A model generated the notes under the pieces. That model saw nothing but the letters and a program-made list of their open reading frames with translations. It was not told the DNA's origin and searched no databases. The position numbers and the translations under genes are program-made. A DNA stretch of 64,000 nucleotides from Alkalispirochaeta sp. (GTDB lineage: Bacteria > Spirochaetota > Spirochaetia > DSM-27196 > Alkalispirochaetaceae). Position 1 is the first letter of the stretch; each line of letters starts with the position of its first letter. Location of the stretch: NCBI GenBank assembly GCA_965601925.1, contig OZ271854.1, positions 2,272,001 to 2,336,000 of the forward strand, read 5' to 3'. Shown here piece by piece: positions 40,380 through 50,929 of this stretch.

Positions 40380-42224
40380 TCACTTCGGGAGTTCGATTAC
40401 GAACATCGTCTCAGCCGTGTCGGCGACCGTCAGACGTCCTCCGTGGCGCCGCTCGATGATTTCCTTGGATAGCGAGAGTCCGAGACCCGTGCCGCGGCCG
40501 CTCATTTTGGTCGTAAAGAACGGCTCGAAGATCCGCTCACGTTCGTCCTCGGGTATCAACGGGCCCGAGTTGGCGATTGAGCAGTAGACGTTGTCGTCGT
40601 CCTCGTAGGTCTTGACCGTAATGGAACCGATAGCCCCCGCGTTTTCCCCGGAATGAAACGGCGCGTTCGGGCGGGATGCGCCGTGAACATCCGATTCGAT
40701 CGCCTGCACGGCGTTCAGAAGGATGTTGAGGACCACCTGAGCGATTTCGGTCGGGTAACATCGGGCCTGCGAAATGCTCGCCAACTCCCGCCTGATCGTT
40801 GCGACCCGGCGTATCTGCGGATTCGCGACGACGAGCGAGCGCTCCACGATCACGTTGATATCGCAGTGTTCCTGTTCCTGCTGAGAGGGTCGGGATAGGC
40901 TGAGGAGCGTCGACGTGACGGTCTGAATACGATCGATGCCCTCCTCGGAGTCGGCGATCGCCAGATTGATCTCCTCTTTCAGCATCGGATCATCCATATC
41001 TATGTTCGAGATGTAGTGCCCCAACGCCATGACGTTGCTCTGCAAGAACGAGAGCGGATTGTTGATCTCATGAGCTACGTTGGCCGCCAGCTGCCCCAAC
41101 GCGGCGAGCTTCTCCTGCTGATACATCTGCATCTGCATCTCCTGCCGCCGCTGCGTAGCCATGTGCGCATCTTCCAACGCGCGGTCGCGTTCCTGCACCA
41201 GGCGGACCCAACTCGTCACGTCGTACGCGGTAACGAGGGCCCCCGATGAGGCGCCTTGTCCGCGCTGTATGGGCACGATCTGAATGTCCAGTTCGATCGG
41301 TTCCCGGTTCCATTGTACCGTCCGTGACGTGCGGAGCCGCTGATCGATCGGAAGACCCCCGACCACTTTCTCGACCCGCACGATGCTCTCCAAATCGAGT
41401 CCCAGCATATTGGACTCCAGCGCAAAGAGGCTCCTCGCGACGGGGTTGAAATCGACCAGATGTCGCTCCGGATCGACGACCAGCAGAGCGGCGCGGAAGT
41501 CTTTGAATATCAAGTCGCGCGCTACCGGCGTCGCCTGAAAGAGACGAAACCAGTGGATTCCCACGAACGCGGCGCCCGCGGAGAATGCAAGGGTGAGCGG
41601 AGTGTAGTCCTTTCTCAGAAATGGGAATGCGCGGAAGACGTATGCCAAGTTGAACAAGAACGGTGTAACGGCGGCCAGGGCGATCCACCGCGCTTGTCTC
41701 GAATAGAGTCGATTGTGTCGGAGGGCGCTCCGCACGATGTACCATAGCCCCACCGCCGAGAGCGCGTAATGGTACGCCGCCGCAACCCAAAAGACCGAGC
41801 CGTACTCGCCTCGCATCGTGAGAAATCCTTCGATGCGCAAGAAGATGATTTCCTCCCAAATCAATCCGTGCCAACGGTTCGTTTGCACCATCGTCACGTA
41901 GATCGCGCTGATCCCTACAAACCACCACGTCTCCGGCGCGGGAAAGTGAGACTCCGGTTTGGCGTATCGTTTGGCGAAGGCGTACCATGTAATCGGGACG
42001 GCGGTGAGGAAGATATGATTTATCGACGCCCAGAACACCGTACCGCGTTCGTCGCTGGAAATAAGCTCGAAGGTGTTACTCAGCAACAGCGCCGCCACGA
42101 CCCCCATGTACCACAGGAGGGTTTGTGCGGCGGGTTGAGCCTTGTATTTCCACGAGGCGAGCGTCGCGATCATCAGCACGCCCGCCGCGAACGGTGCGAG
42201 CACTACGTAAAACACGTATTCCAC
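40380..42224 (-). CDS. 7TM (HisKA_7TM)-PAS histidine kinase
   Basis: GTG start after GGGAG; 7 hydrophobic segments; VDFNPVA; AHEINNPL, NILLNAVQA, FEPFFTTK, GTGLGL. Confidence 0.94.
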   Translation of the reverse strand: MEYVFYVVLAPFAAGVLMIATLASWKYKAQPAAQTLLWYMGVVAALLLSNTFELISSDERGTVFWASINHIFLTAVPITWYAFAKRYAKPESHFPAPETWWFVGISAIYVTMVQTNRWHGLIWEEIIFLRIEGFLTMRGEYGSVFWVAAAYHYALSAVGLWYIVRSALRHNRLYSRQARWIALAAVTPFLFNLAYVFRAFPFLRKDYTPLTLAFSAGAAFVGIHWFRLFQATPVARDLIFKDFRAALLVVDPERHLVDFNPVARSLFALESNMLGLDLESIVRVEKVVGGLPIDQRLRTSRTVQWNREPIELDIQIVPIQRGQGASSGALVTAYDVTSWVRLVQERDRALEDAHMATQRRQEMQMQMYQQEKLAALGQLAANVAHEINNPLSFLQSNVMALGHYISNIDMDDPMLKEEINLAIADSEEGIDRIQTVTSTLLSLSRPSQQEQEHCDINVIVERSLVVANPQIRRVATIRRELASISQARCYPTEIAQVVLNILLNAVQAIESDVHGASRPNAPFHSGENAGAIGSITVKTYEDDDNVYCSIANSGPLIPEDERERIFEPFFTTKMSGRGTGLGLSLSKEIIERRHGGRLTVADTAETMFVIELPK

Positions 42225-42298
42225 CGTAATCTCCCAACATCGAGAATTGGATTGTTCGCCGCGAGGGCGTCTCACTGTTGTGTTTCAGTATATCCAAG

Positions 42299-43480
42299 CT
42301 ACAAGATACGCGCGCTAAAAATCGTTACGTCGTCTCGAAAAACCGGAGCGTGCCCGGTACCGTGCACGATCGAAACGGCCGTAAGCAGACGGTCGACCGT
42401 CTTGAGAAAGTCGGCCGAACGGGCGGCGCGACTGAACACCGAACGCAGAAACGGTTTCGGGGTGACGTCGCCGCCGGCAACGTCCCACAAGCCGTCGGTG
42501 AACATAACCACGCGATCTCCCGGTGATATCGAGAGTCGAATCTCCTCCAGGTCGGACAAGACGTTGAATCCCATCGCCGTACCGTGGGGAGACCAGAGCT
42601 CGCACTGTTCGTCGCGGATCGTACACACCGGGGAGTGGCCGGCGCTGGCGATGACGATCTCTTCGGATTTCGTGTCGAGGAGCACCGCCGCTAAGGAGAT
42701 CAGTACGTCGGAGTAGTTGTTCAGCTCCACGAACATCGAACGGCTTAGCGCCTCTAAGAACTGAGCTGGCGAGTGCGATGTTCCGCTCTGCTCTCGAGCT
42801 ATACGTCCCGACAGGAGCTTGAGTATGCCGGTGATGAATGCCGGCTTTACGCCGTGTCCCGATACGTCCCCGAGGAGGAGAAGATGGCGATCTTCGTCGA
42901 GAGGGATAACGTCGTAGTAGTCGCCGCTGCAGTACAGACCTTCAACCGGTCGGTACGCAACGTCGACCGCGATACCGGCGTTCTCCAGATCGGGAATTTT
43001 GAGAAGTCGACGCTGAAACTCGCCCGCCGCCTTGAGTTGTTGCTCGATCTCTTTGAGATAGCGACGACTGTTTCGTTTGGCGGTCACCGCCTCCAGCGTC
43101 TTGTCTATTTCCTGCACGAGTTGGGCCGGTTTCCACGGCTTCAGGACGAATGAGGAAATCGATGAGGCTATCGCATCCCGGATGGCGTCGATATCGGAGT
43201 ACGCGGTCACGAGCATCAGGCCGATCTCGGGATACCGTTTGCTGATTCGCGATAGAAGCTCGTTGCCCTGCATGCCGGGCATTCTGAGATCCGTCACGAC
43301 TGCGAGGACATCCTGGTGTTGGTCCTCGAGGAGCTCAAGGCACTCTTCGGCCGATCCGACCTGTAACGACGCGATATCCTCAAAGCGTGTATAGAGCGTA
43401 AAGTCTCGCCATAGCGCTCTGAGTACCTGCGGCTCGTCATCAACAAAAAAAACTGTGCCTTTGGGCTGTGTCGCTACCAT
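42299..43480 (-). CDS. Response regulator with PP2C/SpoIIE output
   Basis: FFVDDE, TDLRMPG, LKPW; CSGDYYD, LGDVSGHG, FTDGL, DDVT. Confidence 0.93.
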   Translation of the reverse strand: MVATQPKGTVFFVDDEPQVLRALWRDFTLYTRFEDIASLQVGSAEECLELLEDQHQDVLAVVTDLRMPGMQGNELLSRISKRYPEIGLMLVTAYSDIDAIRDAIASSISSFVLKPWKPAQLVQEIDKTLEAVTAKRNSRRYLKEIEQQLKAAGEFQRRLLKIPDLENAGIAVDVAYRPVEGLYCSGDYYDVIPLDEDRHLLLLGDVSGHGVKPAFITGILKLLSGRIAREQSGTSHSPAQFLEALSRSMFVELNNYSDVLISLAAVLLDTKSEEIVIASAGHSPVCTIRDEQCELWSPHGTAMGFNVLSDLEEIRLSISPGDRVVMFTDGLWDVAGGDVTPKPFLRSVFSRAARSADFLKTVDRLLTAVSIVHGTGHAPVFRDDVTIFSARIL

Positions 43481-43623
43481 AATTACCTACAACTATTTTT
43501 ATCAGATATTTTGCGATAGTGAAAGGTAAACATCGATTCGGGATGCGAAAAAAGCATTTTCGCGGCTCGTATTTCCGTCGATCCGTATACCGGAATCGCA
43601 ATATGTCCCATACTCTTGTCAAT

Positions 43624-44787
43624 ATGGCGATTACGTCGGTATACGCCAAGACGATTCTTCGCAAACAGAAGCGTATCGAGTCGTGGTTTCTGAGTCGCTA
43701 CGGCATGAACCTCTACCGCGGTTGTGTCCACGATTGTATCTATTGCGACGGTCGCGCCGAGACGTATCGCGTCGACGGCAATTTCGGCCGTGACATACAG
43801 ATAAAAGAGAACGCGCCGGACGTGTTGGCCCGCGAACTCGATTCCACGCGGCGGCGGAGTCCGCTGCCGCGCGGACTCATGTTTCTCGGCGGCGGCGTGG
43901 CGGATTCCTATCAATCCCTCGAACGGCGATATCGCGTTACTCGTCGCGTACTGACGATCCTGCGGGATCGTCGCCTACCGGTGCACGTCCTCACGAAATC
44001 GACCCTCGTCGAGCGGGATATCGACCTCTTGAAAGCGATTAACGCCGATACCCGTGCAGTGGTGAGCTTCAGTTTTTCAACGGTGGACGACCGTACGGCG
44101 CGGTTCCTGGAGCCGGGTGTACCACCCCCGTCGGAACGGTTGGCCTCCATTCGTCGATTCTCGGCCGCGGGTCTGCCGTGCGGAGTCTATCTTCTGCCCA
44201 TCGTGCCGTTCTTTTCCGACGAGGGCGGTAAGATCGAGGAGTCGTTCGCCGCGTTTCGTGAAGCAGGCGCCTCGTTCGTCGTGACCGGCGGGCTCACCCT
44301 CAAGGAAGGGCGTCAGAAGGACCATTTTCTGACGGCGTTGCGACGCCGACGGCCGGATGTGATCCCGGCGTATCTCGATCTCTACCCCGCCGAGGCGGCG
44401 CGTCCGTACGGAGAGGCGGTCGGTGATCGAGACGGGACGATCGCCCCGCGAATCCTGGCCGCCTCCGAACGCTACCGACTACCGCTGTTTCCTCCGGTCT
44501 CGATCGTCGGGCGCTGCATAAGCGAGAACGACCGCGTGGTGGCGATCCTCGATCAGATCGGATCACTCCTGCGTCTCCGGGGTGTGACCTCGCCGTTCGG
44601 ATACGCGGCGCATTGCGTCGCGGCTTTCTCCGGTTCAAGCGGCGCGCAAGAACCGCTACCGCGCGGTATCGCGGCGCTGTGCGAGATTCCGGGGGTCGGC
44701 ACGGCGACCGCGCGCTTGATTCTGGACATCCTCAAGACCGGCTCGGTGCGACGCTACGACGAGCTGTTGCGTCCCTGGGCGCGGTGA
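43624..44787 (+). CDS. Radical SAM protein (Rv2578c/SplB-like) with C-terminal helix-hairpin-helix
   Basis: NLYRGCVHDCIYCDG, DSYQSLE, LTKS..VERDIDLL, LEPG; C-term LCEIPGVGTATARLILDILKTG; start uncertain (43519-43624). Confidence 0.9.
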   Translation: MAITSVYAKTILRKQKRIESWFLSRYGMNLYRGCVHDCIYCDGRAETYRVDGNFGRDIQIKENAPDVLARELDSTRRRSPLPRGLMFLGGGVADSYQSLERRYRVTRRVLTILRDRRLPVHVLTKSTLVERDIDLLKAINADTRAVVSFSFSTVDDRTARFLEPGVPPPSERLASIRRFSAAGLPCGVYLLPIVPFFSDEGGKIEESFAAFREAGASFVVTGGLTLKEGRQKDHFLTALRRRRPDVIPAYLDLYPAEAARPYGEAVGDRDGTIAPRILAASERYRLPLFPPVSIVGRCISENDRVVAILDQIGSLLRLRGVTSPFGYAAHCVAAFSGSSGAQEPLPRGIAALCEIPGVGTATARLILDILKTGSVRRYDELLRPWAR

Positions 44788-44826
44788 AAGTGGCAAAGGG
44801 AGGGGCGTTTGCATTAACTATGAAGT

Positions 44827-47097
44827 ATGCGAGGTCTTCACGCATTGCGCCTACGCGCTCGAATCTTCATAATCGTTGCGATTCCGGTAGCGGGACTGCT
44901 CTATTTTGCGGCAAACGGTCTCATTGCTCGCGTCCGGCAGACCCGAGACGTTGCGGCCGTTTCCAGTTTGGTCGATTTTTCCATCCACGTAAGCTCTCTT
45001 CTTCACGAAACTCAGCGGGAGCGGGGAATGACGTCCGGTTTTCTCGGAAGCGAAGCGCGTCAGTTCGGCCCTGAGCTCCTCTCCCAGCGGACGCGCACCG
45101 ACAACCGCATCGAGGAGATACGCGATGTTATCTCGACGTTCTCGGCGCAAGACGACGCGACGTTCCTCGACGACTGGTCCGCAATCGATGAGGAGTTGGC
45201 GCGTATCGATACGGTCCGTCGGCGCGTAGACGACCTCGATATTCCGACGGCCGATGCGATAGGGTATTACACCGATCTTAACACCCGCATGCTCAATGTC
45301 ATCATGGAGCTCGAACGACTCAGCACCGACGTCGGGCTCACGACCCGCGCCGTGGCGTACGTCGGACTTCTCCAGGGAAAGGAGCGGGCCGGAATCGAAC
45401 GAGCGCTCCTCAGCAACGCCTTCGCCGCCGACCGATTTTCTCCGGGTCTGTTCATTCGGTTCAACTCATTGGTTACCGAGCAGGAACTCTTTTTTCATAC
45501 CTTCGAGTTCTTTGCTACCGACGAGCATCGACAGCTATACGGGGCGGCTATGTCGGGCGAAGCGGCGCGGGAGGTCGAGCGGCTGCGACGTATCGCAAAC
45601 CAAGCGGATGTGCGCGATACGATCATCTCCGAACTTGTCACCGCCATCGGATACGGCGGCATCATCCACGATTTTAAGAATTACGTGATTCGGGGAACGG
45701 AGCGTTACATCGACGAAGTCGTCGTGGGCTACGAGAGCGTAGCGGGGTTGATAGCGGCGTATCGCGCCCTTCCCGACGTATCGCGGGAGGCCGTAGAGAA
45801 GCTCGACGTCGTTCTGGAGACCATGGCCGCCTATCGGAGCAATGTCGACCGCGCGGTTGCGCTTCGTACCGGCGACGGCGATGTAGCCGCCGTGGACGCT
45901 GCGGTCGCGGTAAACGACGGCCCGGCGATCGCCGCCCTGAATGAGCTGTCGCTGGAAGATAACTTCGACGTGGATCCCACTTACTGGTTTGCCGTCGCGA
46001 CCGAACGGATTAACCTTCTCAAGGATGTCGAGGATGAGCTCGCCCGCGATATGGCCGAGTTTGCGACCTCTCTCAGGCGAGATGCGGAGAGACAGACCGT
46101 TCTGTTCGGCGTCTTGTCGGTACTCTTTCTCAGTTTGACCATCGTCCTCGCCGGGACCTCGGCGCGCCGTATCATCGTCCAAGTCGGCGGAGAGCCGAGC
46201 GATGTGATGGCCTACATGGCACGGGTTGCCGGGGGCGATCTCTCGAATACGCTGGTGTCCACAGGCTCTTCCGCCACCGGAATCCGCGCAAGCGCTCAGG
46301 AGATGGTCGTGCATCTCCGGTCTACCATCTCCTCGACATCCACGGCCGCGGGGTTGGTGAGCGCCGGAAGCGGTGAGCTTTCGGATATTTCGCAGCAGAT
46401 GTCCACCGACGCGACGAAACAGGCCGCCGGAGTAGAGGAGATTTCCGCGTCGATGGAAGAGATGAACGCATCGATTCAACAGAACGCCGATAACGCCGCG
46501 GAGACCGATCGGATGGCAAAACGGGCGGCCGAGGACGCCCGAGTCGGCGGTGAGTCGGTCAGAAAGACGGTCGACGCTATGCGGCGGATCTCCGAGCGAA
46601 TCACCATCGTTGAGGAGATCGCCCGCAGTACCGGTCTTCTGGCGCTCAACGCGGCGATCGAGGCGGCGCGCGCCGGCGAAGAGGGTAAAGGATTCGCGGT
46701 GGTCGCCGCGGAGGTACGCAAACTCGCCGAGCGGAGTCAGAACGCCGCCTCGGAGATTAACGAACTGTCGACGAACAGCGTCGAGGTCGCCGAGGAGGCG
46801 GGAGCGCTTCTCACGGCCTTGATCCCCTCTATCGAGCGCACGGCGGAGCTTGTGCAGGAGATTTCGGCGGCGAGCGCCGAACAGCGCTCGGGTACGCAGG
46901 CGGTAAACAGCGCGATTCAGCATTTCGACGGCGCAGTCCAGCAGTACGCCGCACAATCGGAAAAGATGGCCGCTATGGCCGCGGAACTCTCCTCGCAATC
47001 GCGGGTCTTGGAGGAGACGATTTCGTTTTTTCGCCTTGAACGGGACGACGTCGGCGAGCCTCCGCTATTGCCCGATTACACCGACGAAGCGATATGA
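44827..47097 (+). CDS. Methyl-accepting chemotaxis protein with NIT (nitrate/nitrite) sensor
   Basis: [74 protein letters not shown]. Confidence 0.96.
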   Translation: MRGLHALRLRARIFIIVAIPVAGLLYFAANGLIARVRQTRDVAAVSSLVDFSIHVSSLLHETQRERGMTSGFLGSEARQFGPELLSQRTRTDNRIEEIRDVISTFSAQDDATFLDDWSAIDEELARIDTVRRRVDDLDIPTADAIGYYTDLNTRMLNVIMELERLSTDVGLTTRAVAYVGLLQGKERAGIERALLSNAFAADRFSPGLFIRFNSLVTEQELFFHTFEFFATDEHRQLYGAAMSGEAAREVERLRRIANQADVRDTIISELVTAIGYGGIIHDFKNYVIRGTERYIDEVVVGYESVAGLIAAYRALPDVSREAVEKLDVVLETMAAYRSNVDRAVALRTGDGDVAAVDAAVAVNDGPAIAALNELSLEDNFDVDPTYWFAVATERINLLKDVEDELARDMAEFATSLRRDAERQTVLFGVLSVLFLSLTIVLAGTSARRIIVQVGGEPSDVMAYMARVAGGDLSNTLVSTGSSATGIRASAQEMVVHLRSTISSTSTAAGLVSAGSGELSDISQQMSTDATKQAAGVEEISASMEEMNASIQQNADNAAETDRMAKRAAEDARVGGESVRKTVDAMRRISERITIVEEIARSTGLLALNAAIEAARAGEEGKGFAVVAAEVRKLAERSQNAASEINELSTNSVEVAEEAGALLTALIPSIERTAELVQEISAASAEQRSGTQAVNSAIQHFDGAVQQYAAQSEKMAAMAAELSSQSRVLEETISFFRLERDDVGEPPLLPDYTDEAI

Positions 47098-47132
47098 CGC
47101 CCCCGGGGCCGAGCGCACCGACTCGTTTTGGG

Positions 47133-48281
47133 CTACCTGCCGCCTCGCATCGTCAACATGCGCACCGTACCCTGCAACTCCTGGATTTTCTTTCTTTGGG
47201 CGGCCAACACTTGGATGAACTCCTCCGCATCGGTGGCCGACGGCTCGGTTGCGGTCGAGCCGGCGCGCGCGTTGTTCAGCTCCGCCTCGTCATACTGGAG
47301 CTCGATGCGCGTCAGCTCGTATGAGTCCTCGTACAAGCTGCGCTCCAGCGCGAGGGTCGGAAACTCGGGGGATTGAACGATCTTCTGCGCGAGTCGATCG
47401 ATTTGGATCGCAAAAACCCCCGTCGGTTCGGCGACTATCATGGGCTGCGCGACGCGATAGCTCGCAGCCAAACGCTCGTCGAACATGACCGCTCCCAGAG
47501 ACTGCAAATACACATCCAAATTTTTCGATACGAGCTCTCGTAGACTCTCGGCGATGTTGAGGTCGTCGGTGCTGCGGGCGAGATTAAGCACCATGCTGGG
47601 CTGAAGAAGGTTCACGTAACGGCGCGCCTTGTCCGCGGCCTCCTGGTCGAGTCCTCGGATACCGTCGATGACCGACGCGACGCGTACCGGCTGTCCGGGC
47701 CGCACCTCGCGAATCTCCTTGCGAAGGTAGCGCGCTATCTCCGGTTGCTTCGCAAAGGCGCGGAAGAAAAAGCGGAATACCATGTTCTTGAGAAAACTGT
47801 ACGCGTTGAGCACGGCGCCTACATGGGGCGAACTCACGACGATCCCGGAGTTGGAGACGAGAAAAAAGTCCACCACGTTATTGGATGCACCGGAACCGAG
47901 GTCGAGAAGCACGTAGTCCGCGTCTATGTTTTCGACGTGCTTGAGAAGGCTTCGCTTTTGTCCGTAGGTGATATTGGGCATACCGGCGACCAGCACGTCT
48001 CCGGGAACGAAGAAGAGATTTTCGTACGGCGTTGCGGCGATGAGACCCTCGAAAGTTAGTTTGCGATCGGAAAAGAAGTTGCCGAGTCCCGGTTTCTTGT
48101 TTTTGATCGCCAGCGTGGAATGCAGATTGGAACCGCCCAGGTCGAGGTCGATGACGACCGTGCGGTATCCGAGCTGGCCCAGACGTACTCCGAGACCGGC
48201 GCACAACTCGGTCTTCCCGACACCACCCTTACCCCCTGCGATGGGAATAATCTTGCAATGCCGCCGCTGCGTAATGACCAT
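47133..48281 (-). CDS. MinD/FlhG-family P-loop ATPase with C-terminal coiled coil
   Basis: IAGGKGGVGKT deviant Walker A, DLDLGGSNL, VLLDLGSG, NAYSFLK. Confidence 0.92.
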   Translation of the reverse strand: MVITQRRHCKIIPIAGGKGGVGKTELCAGLGVRLGQLGYRTVVIDLDLGGSNLHSTLAIKNKKPGLGNFFSDRKLTFEGLIAATPYENLFFVPGDVLVAGMPNITYGQKRSLLKHVENIDADYVLLDLGSGASNNVVDFFLVSNSGIVVSSPHVGAVLNAYSFLKNMVFRFFFRAFAKQPEIARYLRKEIREVRPGQPVRVASVIDGIRGLDQEAADKARRYVNLLQPSMVLNLARSTDDLNIAESLRELVSKNLDVYLQSLGAVMFDERLAASYRVAQPMIVAEPTGVFAIQIDRLAQKIVQSPEFPTLALERSLYEDSYELTRIELQYDEAELNNARAGSTATEPSATDAEEFIQVLAAQRKKIQELQGTVRMLTMRGGR

Positions 48282-48385
48282 ACAATAGAAAGGATAGCCG
48301 GAATTACGAACGTTGCAAACCGTCCAATTATGATGAAATCTGACGGAACCTATCGATTTGTGATATACTCCGTCGTGGAGTTGTA

Positions 48386-50827
48386 GTGCAAAGGTCTGAT
48401 GCGAAACGGTCGGGAGGACGGGTCTTTCGAATCGATCGAGAGTGCTACATCGTCTATGTAGGCTCCGATCACCACCACGTACGACCCTTTCTGCGGATAG
48501 GAACGTCGCCCGACATTCCCGATCGAATTCGGCAGTACATCGAAACGGTCGTGCTCACCGACAGACTCACCGGCGACCCGACGCAGGAGTCGGCGACGGT
48601 CGGCCCCTCAGTTCCCCGAAAACCGGACTACACGGGCTCACACGAGCTGATTCGCTCGGCAAAGCCCTTTTTTGCCGCCGCGCGCATTTCAGAACGCCCG
48701 ATCGACTCCCAGGGAGCGGATAAGAGCGAAGGGGCATTCGTCGAGTTTTTAACCGACGGAACGCTCAATGTGATGGTCAACGGGCATCGCGTCTTCGATT
48801 TGACGCGGCGCGAGCGCGACGATCGTCACGCCGCCTATCAACTCGATCGCATTGCGCAAACGGTCGAGTCGGCCTCTGGTCGCTACCGCGCCGAGGCGTT
48901 TGAACCGGCCGGCTTTCTCGTGACCGCCGACCGGTCGCTCTTCTTCTTCCGCGACGGCGAGATCGAAGCGCGCGCGTTGCGTCCCAAGGGTATTCGCGCT
49001 CTCGCGGAGCGGTTGGTACCGCTCTCGTTACTTACACACTTCTCAGGCCCCGTCGATCCGGACGGATTTCTTACCATTGCCAAGTGGGCGCTTCGGGCGG
49101 GGGCGACACATACCGCCGCCGACCGAACGATCCGCCTCTACGCCGACGGCACGCTGCCCGGAAAGTTGGCGCCGTTGGTCGAGTTGTTTCGCGCGGCGGG
49201 ACTCTCGGTTGAGGTCGCGTCTGCCGACGCCGCCTTTGCCGAGTTGCCGTCGCCCGCCTCCGGTGCTCCCGGTATCTCATTAGCCGTCGGTCGTACCATC
49301 GAATGGCCCCACACGAGCTCCATCAATGTGCCCGATGAGGCGGAGTGGGCTCACGGCGTCGTACCGCCGCTTTTACCGGGCGTGCCCTACCGGCTTCGCT
49401 CTTCGGTCTCCGAGATCCCCGAGACCGACGGAACGCTCGAGTCGCTGGCGGGTGACGAGCAAAGCGCACAGGGGCGGCTCGCGCGCGGTTTAGCGGCGTG
49501 GAACGAACACGGCGTCGCATCGGTCGATCACGCGGAGTTGGCCCGAGACGTGGAACGGCTCCTCGACGAGGCGCCGATACCCGTTCTCGCCGACGTATAT
49601 CCGACCGATGTGGGATATACCGTGCGATTCATGGTGCAGCACGGGTTCACCCTCGGCGACGTGACCGATAACCGTCGCGCCGTAACGCGTATCGGCGCAA
49701 TAACGTCGGAGGGCGTTGATGAGGCGTTTTTCCTCAGCGAGCGTCGCCGGCTCCTCGACTTCCTCGACGAACTCCTTCGGCAACGCCGAGCAACGGTCCG
49801 TAAAGAGACGCCGCCTCCGTCCAACAAGGACGACGGTTCGAAGGGCGGGAGACCGACCGGAGCCGACACATCCGCCGACTCGGCGGGAGGCGGCGCGCCC
49901 CGGGTAGAGCCCGCGGCGGCGGCTCGCAGCGCGACAACGAGGGGAGTCGGTTCACCCGTCGGAACGACCGCCCCCGGCGCACCCTCGTCGACGTCTCGCC
50001 GCTTCGGACCGGTGCCCGTCGCCGTCGCGGTCGGGCTGTTTCTGCTGCTCGCCGGCGGCGGGGCCTTTTTTTTGCTTCGCGGGCGTACCGTCGGCGAAAC
50101 CGAATCTCCCGGTGCCGTGGCGCTTCGTCCCGCCGACTCCGAATCGGGTTCCGACGGCGGTGTGCGAGAGACCGACCCCACCGTCGGGCCGGGAACGCTC
50201 GTCGACGAGGGCGCTCCCTCGGAGCCGATCGAGAGCGATTCCGTGTCGCGATCCGCCCCCGCTGGGCGAACCGGCGATGATGCGTCTTCAAACGATACGC
50301 CTTCTCGCTCGCAGCCGCGCTCGACCGAGGCTACCGACGCGCAGAACGGAGATCGAGCACGAGTCGCCGACGGCGAACCCGACCCCGACGGTGCGTCCCC
50401 GGCCGTCCTCGCCGCCCCGGAAAATCAACGTAACGAAGCGCCCACCTACGCGTTCGACGTGGAGCTGGAGATAACCGCGCTCGATGTGTTGATCCTGGTA
50501 AACGAGATCGCTCTGCGCAACGGCTACGCGCCCATCGGAGATTTTCAAACCGGCGCGCCGAGCCCCGATTGGATATACCCCGATAACATCTTCGTGTTGC
50601 CCGACGGGGCATCGTATCGAGTCGCGCGAGGCGACACACTCTGGGGAATCGCCTCGACGTTTCTTCGTGAGTCCATGAACCATAATCACACAACGCTCAC
50701 AAATATTGCGCATCGTATCGACCGCGGCGAGCGTCCGATCGATGAGTTGGAGGCGTTAGTTGAGGCGGCCCACATCGAGAGTATAAGGAGGGAAGCGCTG
50801 GAATTGATTCGACAGCTTGAGGTTTGA
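48386..50827 (+). CDS. Bitopic membrane protein with low-complexity linkers and a LysM-like C-terminal region
   Basis: Single TM VPVAVAVGLFLLLAGGGAFFLL; PDWIYPDNIFVLP and YRVARGDTLWGIA LysM-like half motifs. Confidence 0.8.
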   Translation: MQRSDAKRSGGRVFRIDRECYIVYVGSDHHHVRPFLRIGTSPDIPDRIRQYIETVVLTDRLTGDPTQESATVGPSVPRKPDYTGSHELIRSAKPFFAAARISERPIDSQGADKSEGAFVEFLTDGTLNVMVNGHRVFDLTRRERDDRHAAYQLDRIAQTVESASGRYRAEAFEPAGFLVTADRSLFFFRDGEIEARALRPKGIRALAERLVPLSLLTHFSGPVDPDGFLTIAKWALRAGATHTAADRTIRLYADGTLPGKLAPLVELFRAAGLSVEVASADAAFAELPSPASGAPGISLAVGRTIEWPHTSSINVPDEAEWAHGVVPPLLPGVPYRLRSSVSEIPETDGTLESLAGDEQSAQGRLARGLAAWNEHGVASVDHAELARDVERLLDEAPIPVLADVYPTDVGYTVRFMVQHGFTLGDVTDNRRAVTRIGAITSEGVDEAFFLSERRRLLDFLDELLRQRRATVRKETPPPSNKDDGSKGGRPTGADTSADSAGGGAPRVEPAAAARSATTRGVGSPVGTTAPGAPSSTSRRFGPVPVAVAVGLFLLLAGGGAFFLLRGRTVGETESPGAVALRPADSESGSDGGVRETDPTVGPGTLVDEGAPSEPIESDSVSRSAPAGRTGDDASSNDTPSRSQPRSTEATDAQNGDRARVADGEPDPDGASPAVLAAPENQRNEAPTYAFDVELEITALDVLILVNEIALRNGYAPIGDFQTGAPSPDWIYPDNIFVLPDGASYRVARGDTLWGIASTFLRESMNHNHTTLTNIAHRIDRGERPIDELEALVEAAHIESIRREALELIRQLEV

Positions 50828-50929
50828 GCATTATTATTTATTTTCGAAGGGCAGAAAGTCGGAAACAGAAAAAAAATAGCCGTATAATTCTTTAGGTGCA
50901 ACCAATGAAGCGATACGAAAGGGGGAATC

